Below, one piece after another: positions 23,801 to 35,003 of a DNA stretch of 64,000 nucleotides. Origin of the DNA: Ranitomeya imitator (taxonomy: Eukaryota); NCBI RefSeq assembly GCF_032444005.1, contig NC_091288.1, forward strand, positions 16,058,001-16,122,000. The letters run 5' to 3'. The translations under genes and the position numbers were made by a program. Numbering within the stretch: the stretch's first letter is position 1; the number at the start of each line of letters is the position of its first letter. The notes below the pieces were generated by a model. It was not told the DNA's origin. It ran no database searches and was given only the letters and a program-made list of their open reading frames with translations.

Positions 23801-26800
23801 TGTGTGTCCTGACTCCTTTCTATCATAGCTGCGACGCTCTGCCTGCCCTGACTCCTTTCTATCATAGCTGCGACGCTCTGCGTGCCCTGACACCTTTCTA
23901 TCATAGCTGCAATGCTCTGCATGTCCTGACTCCTTTCTATCATAGCTGCGACGCTCTGCGTGCCCTGACACCTTTCTATCACAGCTGCGATGCTCTGCGT
24001 GTCCTGACTCCTTTCTATCATAGCTGCGATGCTCTGCGTGTCCTGACTCCTTTCTATCATAGCTGCGATGCTCTGTGTGTCCTGACTCCTTTCTATCATA
24101 GCTGCGATGCTCTGCGTGTCCTGACTCCTTTCTATCATAGCTGCGATGCTCTGTGTGTCCTGACTCCTTTCTATCATAGCTGCGATGCTCTGCGTGTCCT
24201 GACTCCTTTCTATCATAGCTGCGATGCTCTGCGTGTCCTGACTCCTTTCTATCATAGCTGCGATGCTCTGCGTGTCCTGACATCATTCTATCATAGCTGC
24301 GATGCTCTGCGTGTCCTGACTCCTTTCTATCATAGCTGCGATGCTCTGCGTGTCCTGACTCCTTTCTATCATAGCTGCGATGCTCTGCGTCTCCTGACTC
24401 CTTTCTATCATAGCTGCGATGCTCTGCGTGTCCGACTCCTTTCTATCATAGCTGCGATGCTCTGTGTGTCCTGACTCCTTTCTATCATAGCTGCGATGCT
24501 CTGCGTGTCCTGACTCCTTTCTATCATAGCTGCGATGCTCTGCGTGTCCTGACTCCTTTCTATCATAGCTGCGATGCTCTGCGTGTCCTGACTCCTTTCT
24601 ATCATAGCTGCGATGCTCTGCGTGTCCTGACTCCTTTCTATTATAGCTGCGATGCTCTGCGTGTCCTGACTCCTTTCTATCATAGCTGTGATGCTCTGCG
24701 TGTCCTGACATCATTCTATCATAGCTGCGATGCTCTGCGTGTCCTGACTCCTTTCTATCATAGCTGCGATGCTCTGCGTGTCCTGACTCCTTTCTATCAT
24801 AGCTGCGATGCTCTGCGTCTCCTGACTCCTTTCTATCATAGCTGCGATGCTCTGCGTGTCCTGACTCCTTTCTATCATAGCTGCGATGCTCTGCGTGTCC
24901 TGACTCCTTTCTATCATAGCTGCGATGCTCTGCCTGCCCTGACTCCTTTCTATCACAGCTGCGATGCTCTGCGTGTCCGGACTCCTTTCTATCATAGCTG
25001 CGATGCTCTGCGTGTCCTGACTCCTTTCTATCATAGCTGCGATGCTCTGCGTGTCCTGACTCCTTTCTATCATAGCTGTGATGCTCTGCGTCTCTTGACT
25101 CCTTTCTATCATAGCTGCGATGCTCTGTGTGTCCTGACTCCTTTCTATCATAGCTGTGATGCTCTGCGTCTCCTGACTCCTTTCTATCATAGCTGCGATG
25201 CTCTGTGTGTCCTGACTCCTTTCTATCATAGCTGCGATGCTCTGCGTGTCCGGACTCCTTTCTATCATAGCTGCGATGCTCTGTGTGTCCTGACTCCTTT
25301 CTATCATAGCTGTGATGCTCTGCGTCTCCTGACTCCTTTCTATCATAGCTGCGATGCTCTGTGTGTCCTGACTCCTTTCTATCATAGCTGCGATGCTCTG
25401 TGTGTCCTGACTCCTTTCTATCATAGCTGCGATGCTCTGCGTGTCCGGACTCCTTTCTATCATAGCTGCGATGCTCTGTGAGTCCTGACTCCTTTCTATT
25501 ATAGCTGCGATGCTCTGCGTGTCCTGACATCATTCTATCATAGCTGCGATGCTCTGCGTGTCCTGACTCCTTTCTATCATAGCTGCGATGCTCTGCGTGT
25601 CCTGACTCCTTTCTATCATAGCTGCGATGCTCTGCGTGTCCTGACATCATTCTATCATAGCTGCGATGCTCTGCGTGTCCTGACTCCTTTCTATCATAGC
25701 TGCGATGCTCTGCGTCTCCTGACTCCTTTCTATCATAGCTGCGATGCTCTGCGTGTCCGACTCCTTTCTATCATAGCTGCGATGCTCTGCGTGTCCTGAC
25801 TCCTTTCTATCATAGCTGCGATGCTCTGCGTGTCCGGACTCCTTTCTATCATAGCTGCGATGCTCTGCGTGTCCTGACTCCTTTCTATCATAGCTGCGAT
25901 GCTCTGCGTGTCCTGACATCATTCTATCATAGCTGCGATGCTCTGCGTGTCCTGACTCCTTTCTATCATAGCTGCGATGCTCTGCGTCTCCTGACTCCTT
26001 TCTATCATAGCTGCGATGCTCTGCGTGTCCGACTCCTTTCTATCATAGCTGCGATGCTCTGCGTGTCCTGACTCCTTTCTATCATAGCTGCGATGCTCTG
26101 CGTGTCCTGACATCATTCTATCATAGCTGCGATGCTCTGCGTGTCCTGACTCCTTTCTATCATAGCTGCGATGCTCTGCGTGTCCTGACTCCTTTCTATC
26201 ATAGCTGCGATGCTCTGCGTCTCCTGACTCCTTTCTATCATAGCTGCGATGCTCTGCGTCTCCTGACTCCTTTCTATCATAGCTGCGATGCTCTGCGTGT
26301 CCTGACTCCTTTCTATCATAGCTGCGATGCTCTGTGTGTCCTGACTCCTTTCTATCATAGCTGTGATGCTCTGCGTCTCCTGACTCCTTTCTATCATAGC
26401 TGCGATGCTCTGCGTGTCCTGACTCCTTTCTATCATAGCTGCGATGCTCTGCCTGCCCTGACTCCTTTCTATCATAGCTGCGATGCTCTGCGTGTCCTGA
26501 CTCCTTTCTATCATAGCTGCGATGCTCTGCCTGCCCTGACTCCTTTCTATCATAGCTGCGATGCTCTGCGTGTCCTGACTCCTTTCTATCATAGCTGCGA
26601 TGCTCTGCCTGCCCTGACTCCTTTCTATCACAGCTGCGATGCTCTGCGTGTCCGGACTCCTTTCTATCATAGCTGCGATGCTCTGCGTGTCCTGACTCCT
26701 TTCTATCATAGCTGCGATGCTCTGCGTGTCCTGCGATGCTCTGTGTGTCAATTCCCATCAGCCCTCATCACTCCCCATCTATGGAGGGAATTCTGTAACT

Positions 26801-26883
26801 CAACGGCGCCTCTCAGAATCTTAACAGACGCTGACAGACAGGACGGACAGTAATAACAGGCGAACTCTTCCTCACCCCTCCAT
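5878..26883 (-). CDS. ANKZF1: ANKZF1/Vms1 (C2H2 zinc finger, VLRF1 tRNA endonuclease domain, ankyrin repeats, coiled coil, treble-clef): complement join(26876-26883,22567-22691,22157-22257,21880-21982,20568-20755,20377-20495,20075-20228,19757-19976,18817-18912,18511-18654,18183-18296,17094-17358,16894-17005,8448-8615,6328-6401,5878-6004); 2118 nt, 705 aa
   Basis: Motifs [61 protein letters not shown] (catalytic Gln), LLHVAAAAG (ankyrin), [47 protein letters not shown]. All introns GT-AG with consistent phase; total divisible by 3. Exons 1 and 9-11 are the least constrained by homology. Confidence 0.93.
6446..7562. repeat. Minisatellite, 36-bp unit (33-bp variants), ~31 copies, ANKZF1 intron 14
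   Basis: Unit GACTATGCGGTTCATGGTCATCCTCTTAGGCTGCAG; produces 12-aa repeat ORFs. Confidence 0.95.
7760..7998. mobile_element. T2/Kolobok-type MITE
   Basis: TIRs AGGGAACCTGTCAGCAGGATTGTGCTCAGTA / TACTGAGCACAATCCTGCTGACAGGTTCCCT; flanks TCAA (left) and TTAA (right). Confidence 0.8.
8799..9330. repeat. 39-bp minisatellite (~14 copies) inside the DIRS left ITR
   Basis: Unit GCTCCTCCCCTGCAGTATACACCCTCCTGCTGGCTCTCG; a single reverse-complement copy is in the right ITR at 14921-14964. Confidence 0.92.
9956..13560 (-). mobile_element. L2-clade LINE with near-complete APE endonuclease + RT ORF (one frameshift near 12336, one nonsense codon at 12021-12023)
   Basis: EN motifs [30 protein letters not shown]; RT motifs [42 protein letters not shown]; (TAA)n tail at 9956-9976. 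The 5' boundary is approximate. Confidence 0.93.
15223..15507. mobile_element. Palindromic MITE (GGCTATGTGCACACGTT TIR family)
   Basis: GGCTATGTGCACACGTT...AACGTGTGCACATAGCC; no clean TTAA flanks. Confidence 0.75.
15865..16651. mobile_element. ~790-bp fold-back non-autonomous DNA transposon flanked by TTAA, with nested internal palindromes
   Basis: TTAA|GGTACC...GGTACC|TTAA (15861-15864, 16652-16655); internal hairpins at ~16073-16142 and ~16397-16467; central palindrome around GGTGACGTCACC at ~16264-16275. Confidence 0.85.
19238..19740. repeat. Second array of the 86-bp repeat (~6 copies), ANKZF1 intron 8
   Basis: Same unit and same + orientation as 811-2218. Confidence 0.95.
20817..21800. 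repeat. 32-bp pyrimidine-rich minisatellite, ~30 copies, degenerate toward 21800, ANKZF1 intron 4
   Basis: Unit CCTCCCCGCAGCCCATGCCTCTTTTTCCTTAA and variants. Confidence 0.92.
22795..26735. repeat. 39-bp minisatellite, ~100 copies, filling ANKZF1 intron 1
   Basis: Unit CTGACTCCTTTCTATCATAGCTGCGATGCTCTGCGTGTC; gives 13-aa repeat ORFs on both strands. Confidence 0.97.
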
Positions 26884-27173
26884 GCTGCTCACGTGGCTCC
26901 CACCAGCTGTCACTTCACTTCCTCGTCTGACGTCACTTCCGCCTTCACCACAACCCCCTTCTCTCACGCTGACCCAAAACAAACCTCACACACGCCCACC
27001 TGCGTAGTTATTGGTTAGTGAGCTTTGTGTCCTCCCTTGCCATTGGTGGTTAATACACCTACTTCTAGCATAACGCCCTGTGATTGGCTCCTGCTCCTGT
27101 CAGCTGATTAGACTGACAGGCCAGGCTGCTTGAGGTGTCGGAGCGGTCGGAGCAGACAGTGTGGGCGCCTGAG
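26884..27173. promoter_or_regulatory. Bidirectional promoter and first exons of ANKZF1 (-) and ATG9A (+)
   Basis: ANKZF1 ATG at 26883 with donor at 26875; + strand donor GAG|GTGAGA at 27174. CACGTG 26889-26894; CRE TGACGTCA 26928-26935 overlapping ETS ACTTCCG; three ATTGG (inverted CCAAT) at 27010, 27042, 27083. The head-to-head arrangement matches human. Confidence 0.75.
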
Positions 27174-28033
27174 GTGAGAGAGGAGCCCTGGTGACGGTAA
27201 TGGGGTAATGGTGAGTGACCCCGGCCCGCCTGGTGTGTATATGTGTCCCTGTGACGTCACAGGCCTGCCCCGACCAGCCCTCTATGGGATTCTGTATGTT
27301 TGGGGCACTTTCACCTATAGCGCCATTCCTTTTGCGCCCCTGTCACCTTCGCCGTCATCCTCTGTCGCGACGCTGAGATTTTCACCATTTTTACTTCACT
27401 TTTGTGCCATTTTTCATCCGCCTGGCGCAGCCTATTTTCATTTTTTCCGTTTTTTCCTCGCCTTCGTCCAAGCGCCATCATTGTGTTCTTCTTCGCCCCG
27501 TGCGGCCGGATAAAGGCGACGACTTGGGAATTTTGAATGGCGCCATTTATTTTATCGTGCGATGCAGCAAAAATAATAATAATAATCCCAGTGCGGTGAA
27601 TAAAAAATGCAATTCTGCTGTTATTTTTGGCGCTTTTATTTATTTAATTTTTTTTACAGCCTTTATTTTGCAGTAAATTTGATTCTTCTGTGAATTTTTT
27701 TTATGTTAGTGATTACTTCTTATTTTTACCTTTTTTTATGGTTATGGTACGACATCGGGGGCTTGCTTGTTGCGAGGTGCGCTGATGGGTTTTGTTTTGG
27801 GTACATATAATGTTTGTAGCTAAAGGCAATGATAACCGTAAAACTAAAAAAAATAAAATTTAGCGTTTTCTTTTACTTAATCTTTACCTATTATACGGCT
27901 AAATAATTTTATGCTTTCATAGATTGGACATCGATGGATGCAGAGATACAGAATTTTTTTTCTTATGCATTGACTTGACCCTGCGATCATGTGATCACTT
28001 GCACTTACATAAGGTTTCATTCACACATTAATC

Positions 28034-28151
28034 TTTATTTTTATATAGCGCTAACATATTCTGCAGCGCTTTACAGTTTTGCACACATTATCATCACTGT
28101 CCCCGATGGGGCTCACAATCTAGATTCCCTATCAGTATGTCTTTGGAATGT

Positions 28152-28182
<31 letters not shown>

Positions 28183-28285
28183 ACGCAAACACGGAGAGAA
28201 CATACAAACTCTTTGCAGATGTTGTCCTGAGTGGGATTCGAACCCAGGACCCCAGCGCTGCAAGGCTGCAGTGCTAACCACTGAG
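28034..28285 (-). mobile_element. tRNA-derived SINE with V-SINE-like core and L2-like tail
   Basis: Minus strand CTCAGTGGTTAGCACTG (A box), GGTTCGAATCC (B box), core TGCGTGGGTTTCCTCCGGGCACTCCGGTTTCCTCCCACATTCCAAAGACATAC, tail GTAAAGCGCTGCAGAATATGTTAGCGCTATATAA. Confidence 0.8.
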
Positions 28286-28671
28286 TATTTTGCATCAGTG
28301 TTTGTGAGCTAAAAGCAGGAGTGGAATTTACAGAGTAAAACTTCAATTGAAAGATTGTTACTTGTTCCTTGCTTTGGAAACACTTCTGATTTTTGGCAAA
28401 ATACAAAGGCCTCATTCACACGTTCAGGATTTTACATGACTATTTGGCAGCTGTAGTCAGGAGAGGAACAATCAGAGGAAAAGTCTAATAGAAACTCGTC
28501 ACCACTTCTGTATTTATCACCCACTCCTGGTTTTGGCTACAAATACTGATGAAATACTGACTTTTTGCAAATCGATTCGCAGGACTTACTCAAGTCCTCA
28601 GACAGTTCTCTTCTCCTCTTTCTGTTCTCCATGCTTAGGGGTGGTACACACAATGCAAAGTCAACTTCTCC

Positions 28672-31600
28672 CCATGTCATTTAAGGTGTGATTTTCATAT
28701 TGCCCACACCTGTTACTTGCCACAGGTGAGTCTGAACGAGCATCACATGCTTGAAACAAATTTGTTTAGCCACAATTTTGACCAAACCATTTTTGGGATT
28801 TTGTGTGAAATCCTGTCCAATTTGCCCTTTTTTTTTGTCATGTTCCAATACACACAAAGTAAATAAACACATAGTAACATAGTTAGTAAGGCCGAAAAAA
28901 GACATTTGTCCATCCAGTTCAGCCTATATTCCATCATAATAAATCCCCAGATCTACGTCCTTCTACAGAACCTAATTGTATGATACAATATTGTTCTGCT
29001 CCAGGAAGACATCCAGGCCTCTCTTGAACCCCTCGACTGAGTTCGCCATCACCACCTCCTCAGGCAAGCAATTCCAGATTCTCACTGCCCTAACAGTAAA
29101 GAATCCTCTTCTATGTTGGTGGAAAAACCTTCTCTCCTCCAGACGCAAAGAATGCCCCCTTGTGCCCGTCACCTTCCTTGGTATAAACAGATCCTCAGCG
29201 AGATATTTGTATTGTCCCCTTATATACTTATACATGGTTATTAGATCGCCCCTCAGTCGTCTTTTTTCTAGACTAAATAATCCGAATTTTGCTAATCTAT
29301 CTAGGTATTGTAGTTCTCCCATCCCCTTTTATTAATTTTGTTGCCCTCCTTTGTACTCTCTCTAGTTCCATTATATCCTTCCTGAGCACCGGTGCCCAAA
29401 ACTGGACACAGTACTCCATGTGCGGTCTAACTAGGGATTTGTACAGAGGCAGTATAATGCTCTCATCATGTGTATCCAGACCTCTTTTAATGCACCCCAT
29501 GATCCTGTTTGCCTTGGCAGCTGCTGCCTGGCACTGGCTGCTCCAGGTAAGTTTATCATTAACTAGGATCCCCAAGTCCTTCTCCCTGTCAGATTTACCC
29601 AGTGGTTTCCCATTCAGTGTGTAATGGTGATATTGATTCCCTCTTCCCATGTGTATAACCTTACATTTATCATTGTTAAACCTCATCTGCCACCTTTCAG
29701 CCCAAGTTTCCAACTTATCCAGATCCATCTGTAGCAGAATACTATCTTCTCTTGTATTAACTGCTTTACATAGTTTTGTATCATCTGCAAATATCGATAT
29801 TTTACTGTGTAAACCTTCTACCAGATCATTAATGAATATGTTGAAGAGAACAGGTCCCAATACCGACCCCTGCGGTACCCCACTGGTCACAGCGACCCAG
29901 TTAGAGACTATACCATTTATAACCACCCTCTGCTTTCTATCACTAAGCCAGTTACTAACCCATTTACACACATTTTCCCCCAGACCAAGCATTCTCATTT
30001 TGTGTACCAACCTCTTGTGCGGCACAGTATCAAACGCTTTGGAAAAATCGAGATATACCACTTCCAATGACTCACCGTGGTCCAGCCTATAGCTTACCTC
30101 TTCATAAAAACTGATTAGATTGGTTTGACAGGAGCGATTTCTCATAAACCCATGCTGATATGGAGTTAAACAGTTATTCTCATTGAGATAATCCAGAATA
30201 ACATCCCTCAGAAACCCTTCAAATATTTTACCAACAATAGAGGTTAGACTTACTCGCCTATAATTTCCAGGTTCACTTTTAGAGCCCTTTTTGAATATTG
30301 GCACCACATTTGCTATGCGCCAATCCTGCGGAACAGACCCTGTCGCTATAAAGTCCCTAAAAATAAGAAATAATGGTTTATCTATTACATTACTTAGTTC
30401 TCTTAGTACTCGTGGGTGTATGCCATCCGGACCCGGAGATTTATCTATTTTAATCTTATTTAGCCGGTTTCGCACCTCTTCTTGGGTTAGATTGGTGACC
30501 CTTAATATAGGGTTTTCATTGTTTCTTGGGATTTCACCTAGCATTTCATTTTCCACCGTGAATACCGTGGAGAAGAAGGTGTTTAATATGTTAGCTTTTT
30601 CCTCGTCATCTACAACCATTCTTTCCTCACTATTTTTTAAGGGGCCTACATTTTCAGTTTTTATTCTTTTACTATTGATATAGTTGAAGAACAGTTTGGG
30701 ATTAGTTTTACTCTCCTTAGCAATGTGCTTCTCTGTTTCCTTTTTGGCAGCTTTAATTAGTTTTTTAGATAAAGTATTTTTCTCCCTATAGTTTTTTAGA
30801 GCTTCAATGGTGCCATCCTGCTTTAGTAGTGCAAATGCTTTCTTTTTACTGTTAATTGCCTGTCTTACTTCTTTGTTTAGCCACATTGGATTTTTCCTAT
30901 TTCTAGTCCTTTTATTCCCACAAGGTATAAACCGCTTACACTGCCTATTTAGGATGTTCTTAAACATTTCCCATTTATTATCTGTATTCTCATTTCTGAG
31001 GATATTGTCCCAGTCTACCAGATTAAGGGCATCTCTAAGCTGGTCAAACTTTGCCTTCCTAAAGTTCAGTGTTTTTGTGACTCCCTGACAAGTCCCCCTA
31101 GTGAAAGACAGGTGAAACTGCACAATATTGTGGTCGCTATTTCCTAGATGCCCGACCACCTGCAGATTTGTTATTCTGTCAGGTCTATTAGATAGTATTA
31201 GGTCTAAAAGTGCTGCTCCTCTGGTTGGATTCTGCACCAATTGTGAAAGATAATTTTTCTTGGTTATTAGCAGAAACCTGTTGCCATTATGGGTTTCACA
31301 GGTTTCTGTTTCCCAGTTAATATCCGGGTAGTTAAAGTCCCCCATAACCAGGACCTCATTATGGGTTGCAGCTTCATCTATCTGCTTTAGAAGTAGACTT
31401 TCCATGATTTCTGTTATATTTGGGGGTTTGTAACAGACCCCAATGAGAATTTTGTTACCATTTTTCCCTCCATGAATTTCGACCCATATTGACTCGACAT
31501 CCTCATTCCCTTCGCTAATATCCTCCCTTAAAGTGGACTTTAGACAAGACTTTACATAAAGACAAACCCCTCCTCCTCTCCGATTTTTACGATCCTTTCT

Positions 31601-31684
31601 AAACACGTGTAATTGCAATAATTTTCTGAAAGAGCTCATTTTCTAGAACAATTTCAAGGGTGCTAACACTTTTGGCCATGACTG
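28672..31684. mobile_element. Tc1-like terminal remnant (28672-28870 and 31600-31684) split by the CR1 insertion
   Basis: Ends in Tc1-type TIR GGGTGCTAACACTTTTGGCCATGACTG|TA; the sequence on either side of the CR1 reads as one continuous terminal region (inference). Confidence 0.6.
28871..31599 (-). mobile_element. 5'-truncated CR1 LINE (ORF2 EN-RT), one frameshift near 29325
   Basis: ORF 29297-31639 with [56 protein letters not shown]; continues in another frame to 28972; tail CTAACTATGTTACTATGT; TAAACAC on both flanks (28864-28870, 31600-31606). Confidence 0.95.
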
Positions 31685-32514
31685 TAAATGTGGACCAATT
31701 GCACCTTTTTTATGTTATCAGCATAATACCGCCGTGTGTTTACATGGTGCATTTATATTGGATTTGTGTGTCCGCGCCATGATATTAACCCTTCTCTGTT
31801 TTACACTACGGGGGAGAATGTTCTTGTTTGCTTTGAGGAAAGAGACGTCCTGTATCAACAATTGGTGATTAATTCATCACCATGGACAGCGGAGAAGAGT
31901 GCGTTGTATCCGTCTGTGAGGACATCGTCCGTGTCATGATGATCCCGCTCTGTGAAATGTGCTGTAATAAGGTGTATCGTTACATGAGTGCCGATATTAC
32001 GCTCCAGTGTTCTATGTAATAACAAAATGTTTTTATAATTACACAACTTCATAATCAAATATAATTTATAAGTTCTACAACTTTCCAATATACTTTTTTT
32101 TTAAGCTTCTAATCGTTTTCAAGCTCACTGCTTGCTGTCACTGAATAACATTCTGATTGTACTACTGTGTCCTGCCTTGTTACAATTTGTGTTTAGTGCC
32201 AAGAAACCCACAAATACATTTCTGTCCCTAAGAGTCATTGATATCAGCTGCTTCTCTTATAACGTTCCTGTACTATGAGAAGAAGAAAAGTTTCTGGCCC
32301 TTTAAAACTGCACTGGAAACACTTGACATAAGATGGGTGCAGCTGCGTGACTCAGACGGGGTTACAGATTAGTTTCATTTTCTCTGCAGCTCTGATATGT
32401 CATTGACCATGAAAGCGGAGAGATCACACAGCTAAAGACTCCAGAAGACCCCCGGGGGGTCACACACAGTGAGTATGTCTGCTGATACCCTTATAAATCT
32501 CTAATAATAATTCC

Positions 32515-34465
32515 TGTACATAGGGGCAGTATTATAGTAGTTATAGTCTTATACATAGGAGCAGTATTATAGTAGTTATATTCTTGTACATAGGGGCGTT
32601 ATTATAGTACCGTAGTTATATTCTTGTACATAGGAGCAGTATTATAGTAGTTATATTCTTGTACATAGGGGCAGTATTATAGTAGTTATATTCTTGTACA
32701 TAGGAGCAGTATTATAGTAGTTATATTCTTGTACATAGGAGCAGTATTATAGTAGTTATATTCTTGTACATAGGGGCAGTATTATAGTAGTTCTATTCTT
32801 GTATATAGGAGCAGTATTATAGTAGTTATATTCTTGTATATAGGAGCAGTATTATAGTAGTTATATTCTTGTACATAGGGAGCAGTATTATAGTAGTTAT
32901 ATTCTTGCACATAGGGGCAGTATTATAGTAGTTATATTCTTGTACATAGGGGCAGTATTATAGTAGTTATATTCTTGTACATAGGAGCAGTATTATAGTA
33001 GTTATATTCTTGTACATAGGAGCAGTATTATAGTAGTTCTATTCTTGTACATAGGAGCAGTATTATAGTAGTTCTATTCTTGTATATAGGGGGCAGTATT
33101 ATAGTAGTTATATTCTTGTACATAGGAGCAGTATTATAGTAGTTATATTCTTGTACATAGGAGCAGTATTATAGTAGTTATATTCTTGTACATAGGGGGC
33201 AGTATTATAGTAGTTATATTCTTGTACATAGGAGCAGTATTATAGTAGTTATATTCTTGTACATAGGAGCAGTATTATAGTAGTTATATTCTTGTACATA
33301 GGAGCAGTATTATAGTAGTTCTATTCTTGTATATAGGAGCAGTATTATAGTAGTTATATTCTTGTACATAGGGAGCAGTATTATAGTAGTTATATTCTTG
33401 TACATAGGGAGCAGTATTATAGTAGTTATATTCTTGCACATAGGGGCAGTATTATAGTAGTTATATTCTTGTACATAGGGGCAGTATTATAGTAGTTATA
33501 TTCTTGCACATAGGGGCAGTATTATAGTAGTTATATTCTTGTACATATCAAGATACAGATACAAAAAACAGATATAACCAATCTCGGCCAGAAGCATTCT
33601 CATAATTGCTTCTCCATTACTAATATCCAACCATATAAATAATAGTGGACAAATACATATGACTACCAAAAAATGAGTATAAAATACCCACAGACCACTA
33701 TAGCAAGAGATATCATAAAATCAATAAAGTTTATTGAAAAATTCATTTAAAATTAATACATAGTACCATGTGAAAATTTTCAAAGAGAACAAGACAAAAG
33801 ACCATGTACAGTGAAGATGTTATATATAGCTGTAATATTTAGCATATAGCATTGAAGACCCTTAGTAATGAACCCGCCCCATGTAAGATTCCCAAAAACA
33901 TCCTATAAGGTAATTGTATGTATCTAGTACCTGGATACTGAGACTCATAACATGCAGGGCATAAGTAAAAGTATAGAAAACATTGTCTTGTTCTCTTTGA
34001 AAATTTTCACATGGTACTATGTATTAATTTTAAATGAATTTTTCAATAAACTTTATTGATTTTATGATATCTCTTGCTATAGTGGTCTGTGGGTATTTTA
34101 TACTCATTTTTTGGTAGTCATATTCTTGTACATAGGAGCAGTATTATAGTAGTTATATTCTGGTACATAGGGGCAGTATTATAGTAGTTATATTCTTGTA
34201 CATAGGAGCAGTACTATAGTAGTTATATTCTTGTACATAGGAGCAGTACTATAGTAGTTATATTCTTGCACATAGGGGCAGTATTATAGTAGTTATATTC
34301 TTGTACATAGGGGGCAGTATTATAGTAGTTATATTCTTGTACATAGGAGCAGTATTATAGTAGTTATATTCTTGTACATACGAGCAGTATTATAGTAGTT
34401 ATATTCTTGTACATAGGGGCAGTATTATAGTAGTTATATTCTTGTACATAGGGGCAGTATTATAG
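32515..34465. repeat. 35-bp AT-rich tandem repeat, ~38 copies, interrupted at 33547-34122
   Basis: Unit GTACATAGGAGCAGTATTATAGTAGTTATATTCTT. Confidence 0.95.
33547..34122. mobile_element. Fold-back insertion with 140-bp inverted arms, probably the 3' end of a Penelope-like element
   Basis: 33658-33797 is the reverse complement of 33983-34122, with a 185-bp spacer; AATAAA inside the arms. Family assignment is inference. Confidence 0.55.
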
Positions 34466-35003
34466 AGATTGTAATTGCTCTTTCTTCTTATTTTATGTTC
34501 CACGTTCTTCCGTGTTGAGAAGTAAATTTCAACTACTGTCAAGATTTGTTCTGTTTGTGAATCCAAAGAGATGATAGTGGAAAACGTGACCATTTTGTGG
34601 GTCCTGGAATCAGTGTCTGTGTGTAAGTCACCGTGTTTGGACTCTGTCTGTATTTCTCTGTATTACACCCACAGCTGGTATTTGCCGTCGCTGTGATCCC
34701 TGACAATCACTAGAACAAGGCAGTAGTGCTAGGAAACCGTAGTCTGGTGAATCCACTGGATACACAACTTTCCTATCTCCGCTGCCTGTTTGTTCCAGGA
34801 TCATCCGTCTCCTCATTGTATGATGACTTGACAGTGATTATGTCCATCTTGGTGGGGCATTCTCCTCTGATATTATTGCTGATGAATCAATGTCATCCCG
34901 TAATCACTCGTGCATCTGATATAACCGTTTCTACTCTTGTTCTTCTATGTTCAGCATGTCCTCCATTTTGAAGGCTGACCTCTTGATGTGAGGTTGTGGG
35001 GAC

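Noticed and set aside
22785-26758. Long ORFs (up to 455 aa) on both strands
   Set aside because: Pure 13-aa periodicity from the 39-bp array inside ANKZF1 intron 1; open frames are expected when the unit length is a multiple of 3.
28225-28285. tRNA-like sequence
   Set aside because: It is the SINE head; there is no acceptor stem, and it continues into SINE core and tail.
22795-34465. CRISPR-like appearance of 35-39 bp repeats
   Set aside because: Units are contiguous with no unique spacers, no cas genes, and the context is eukaryotic.
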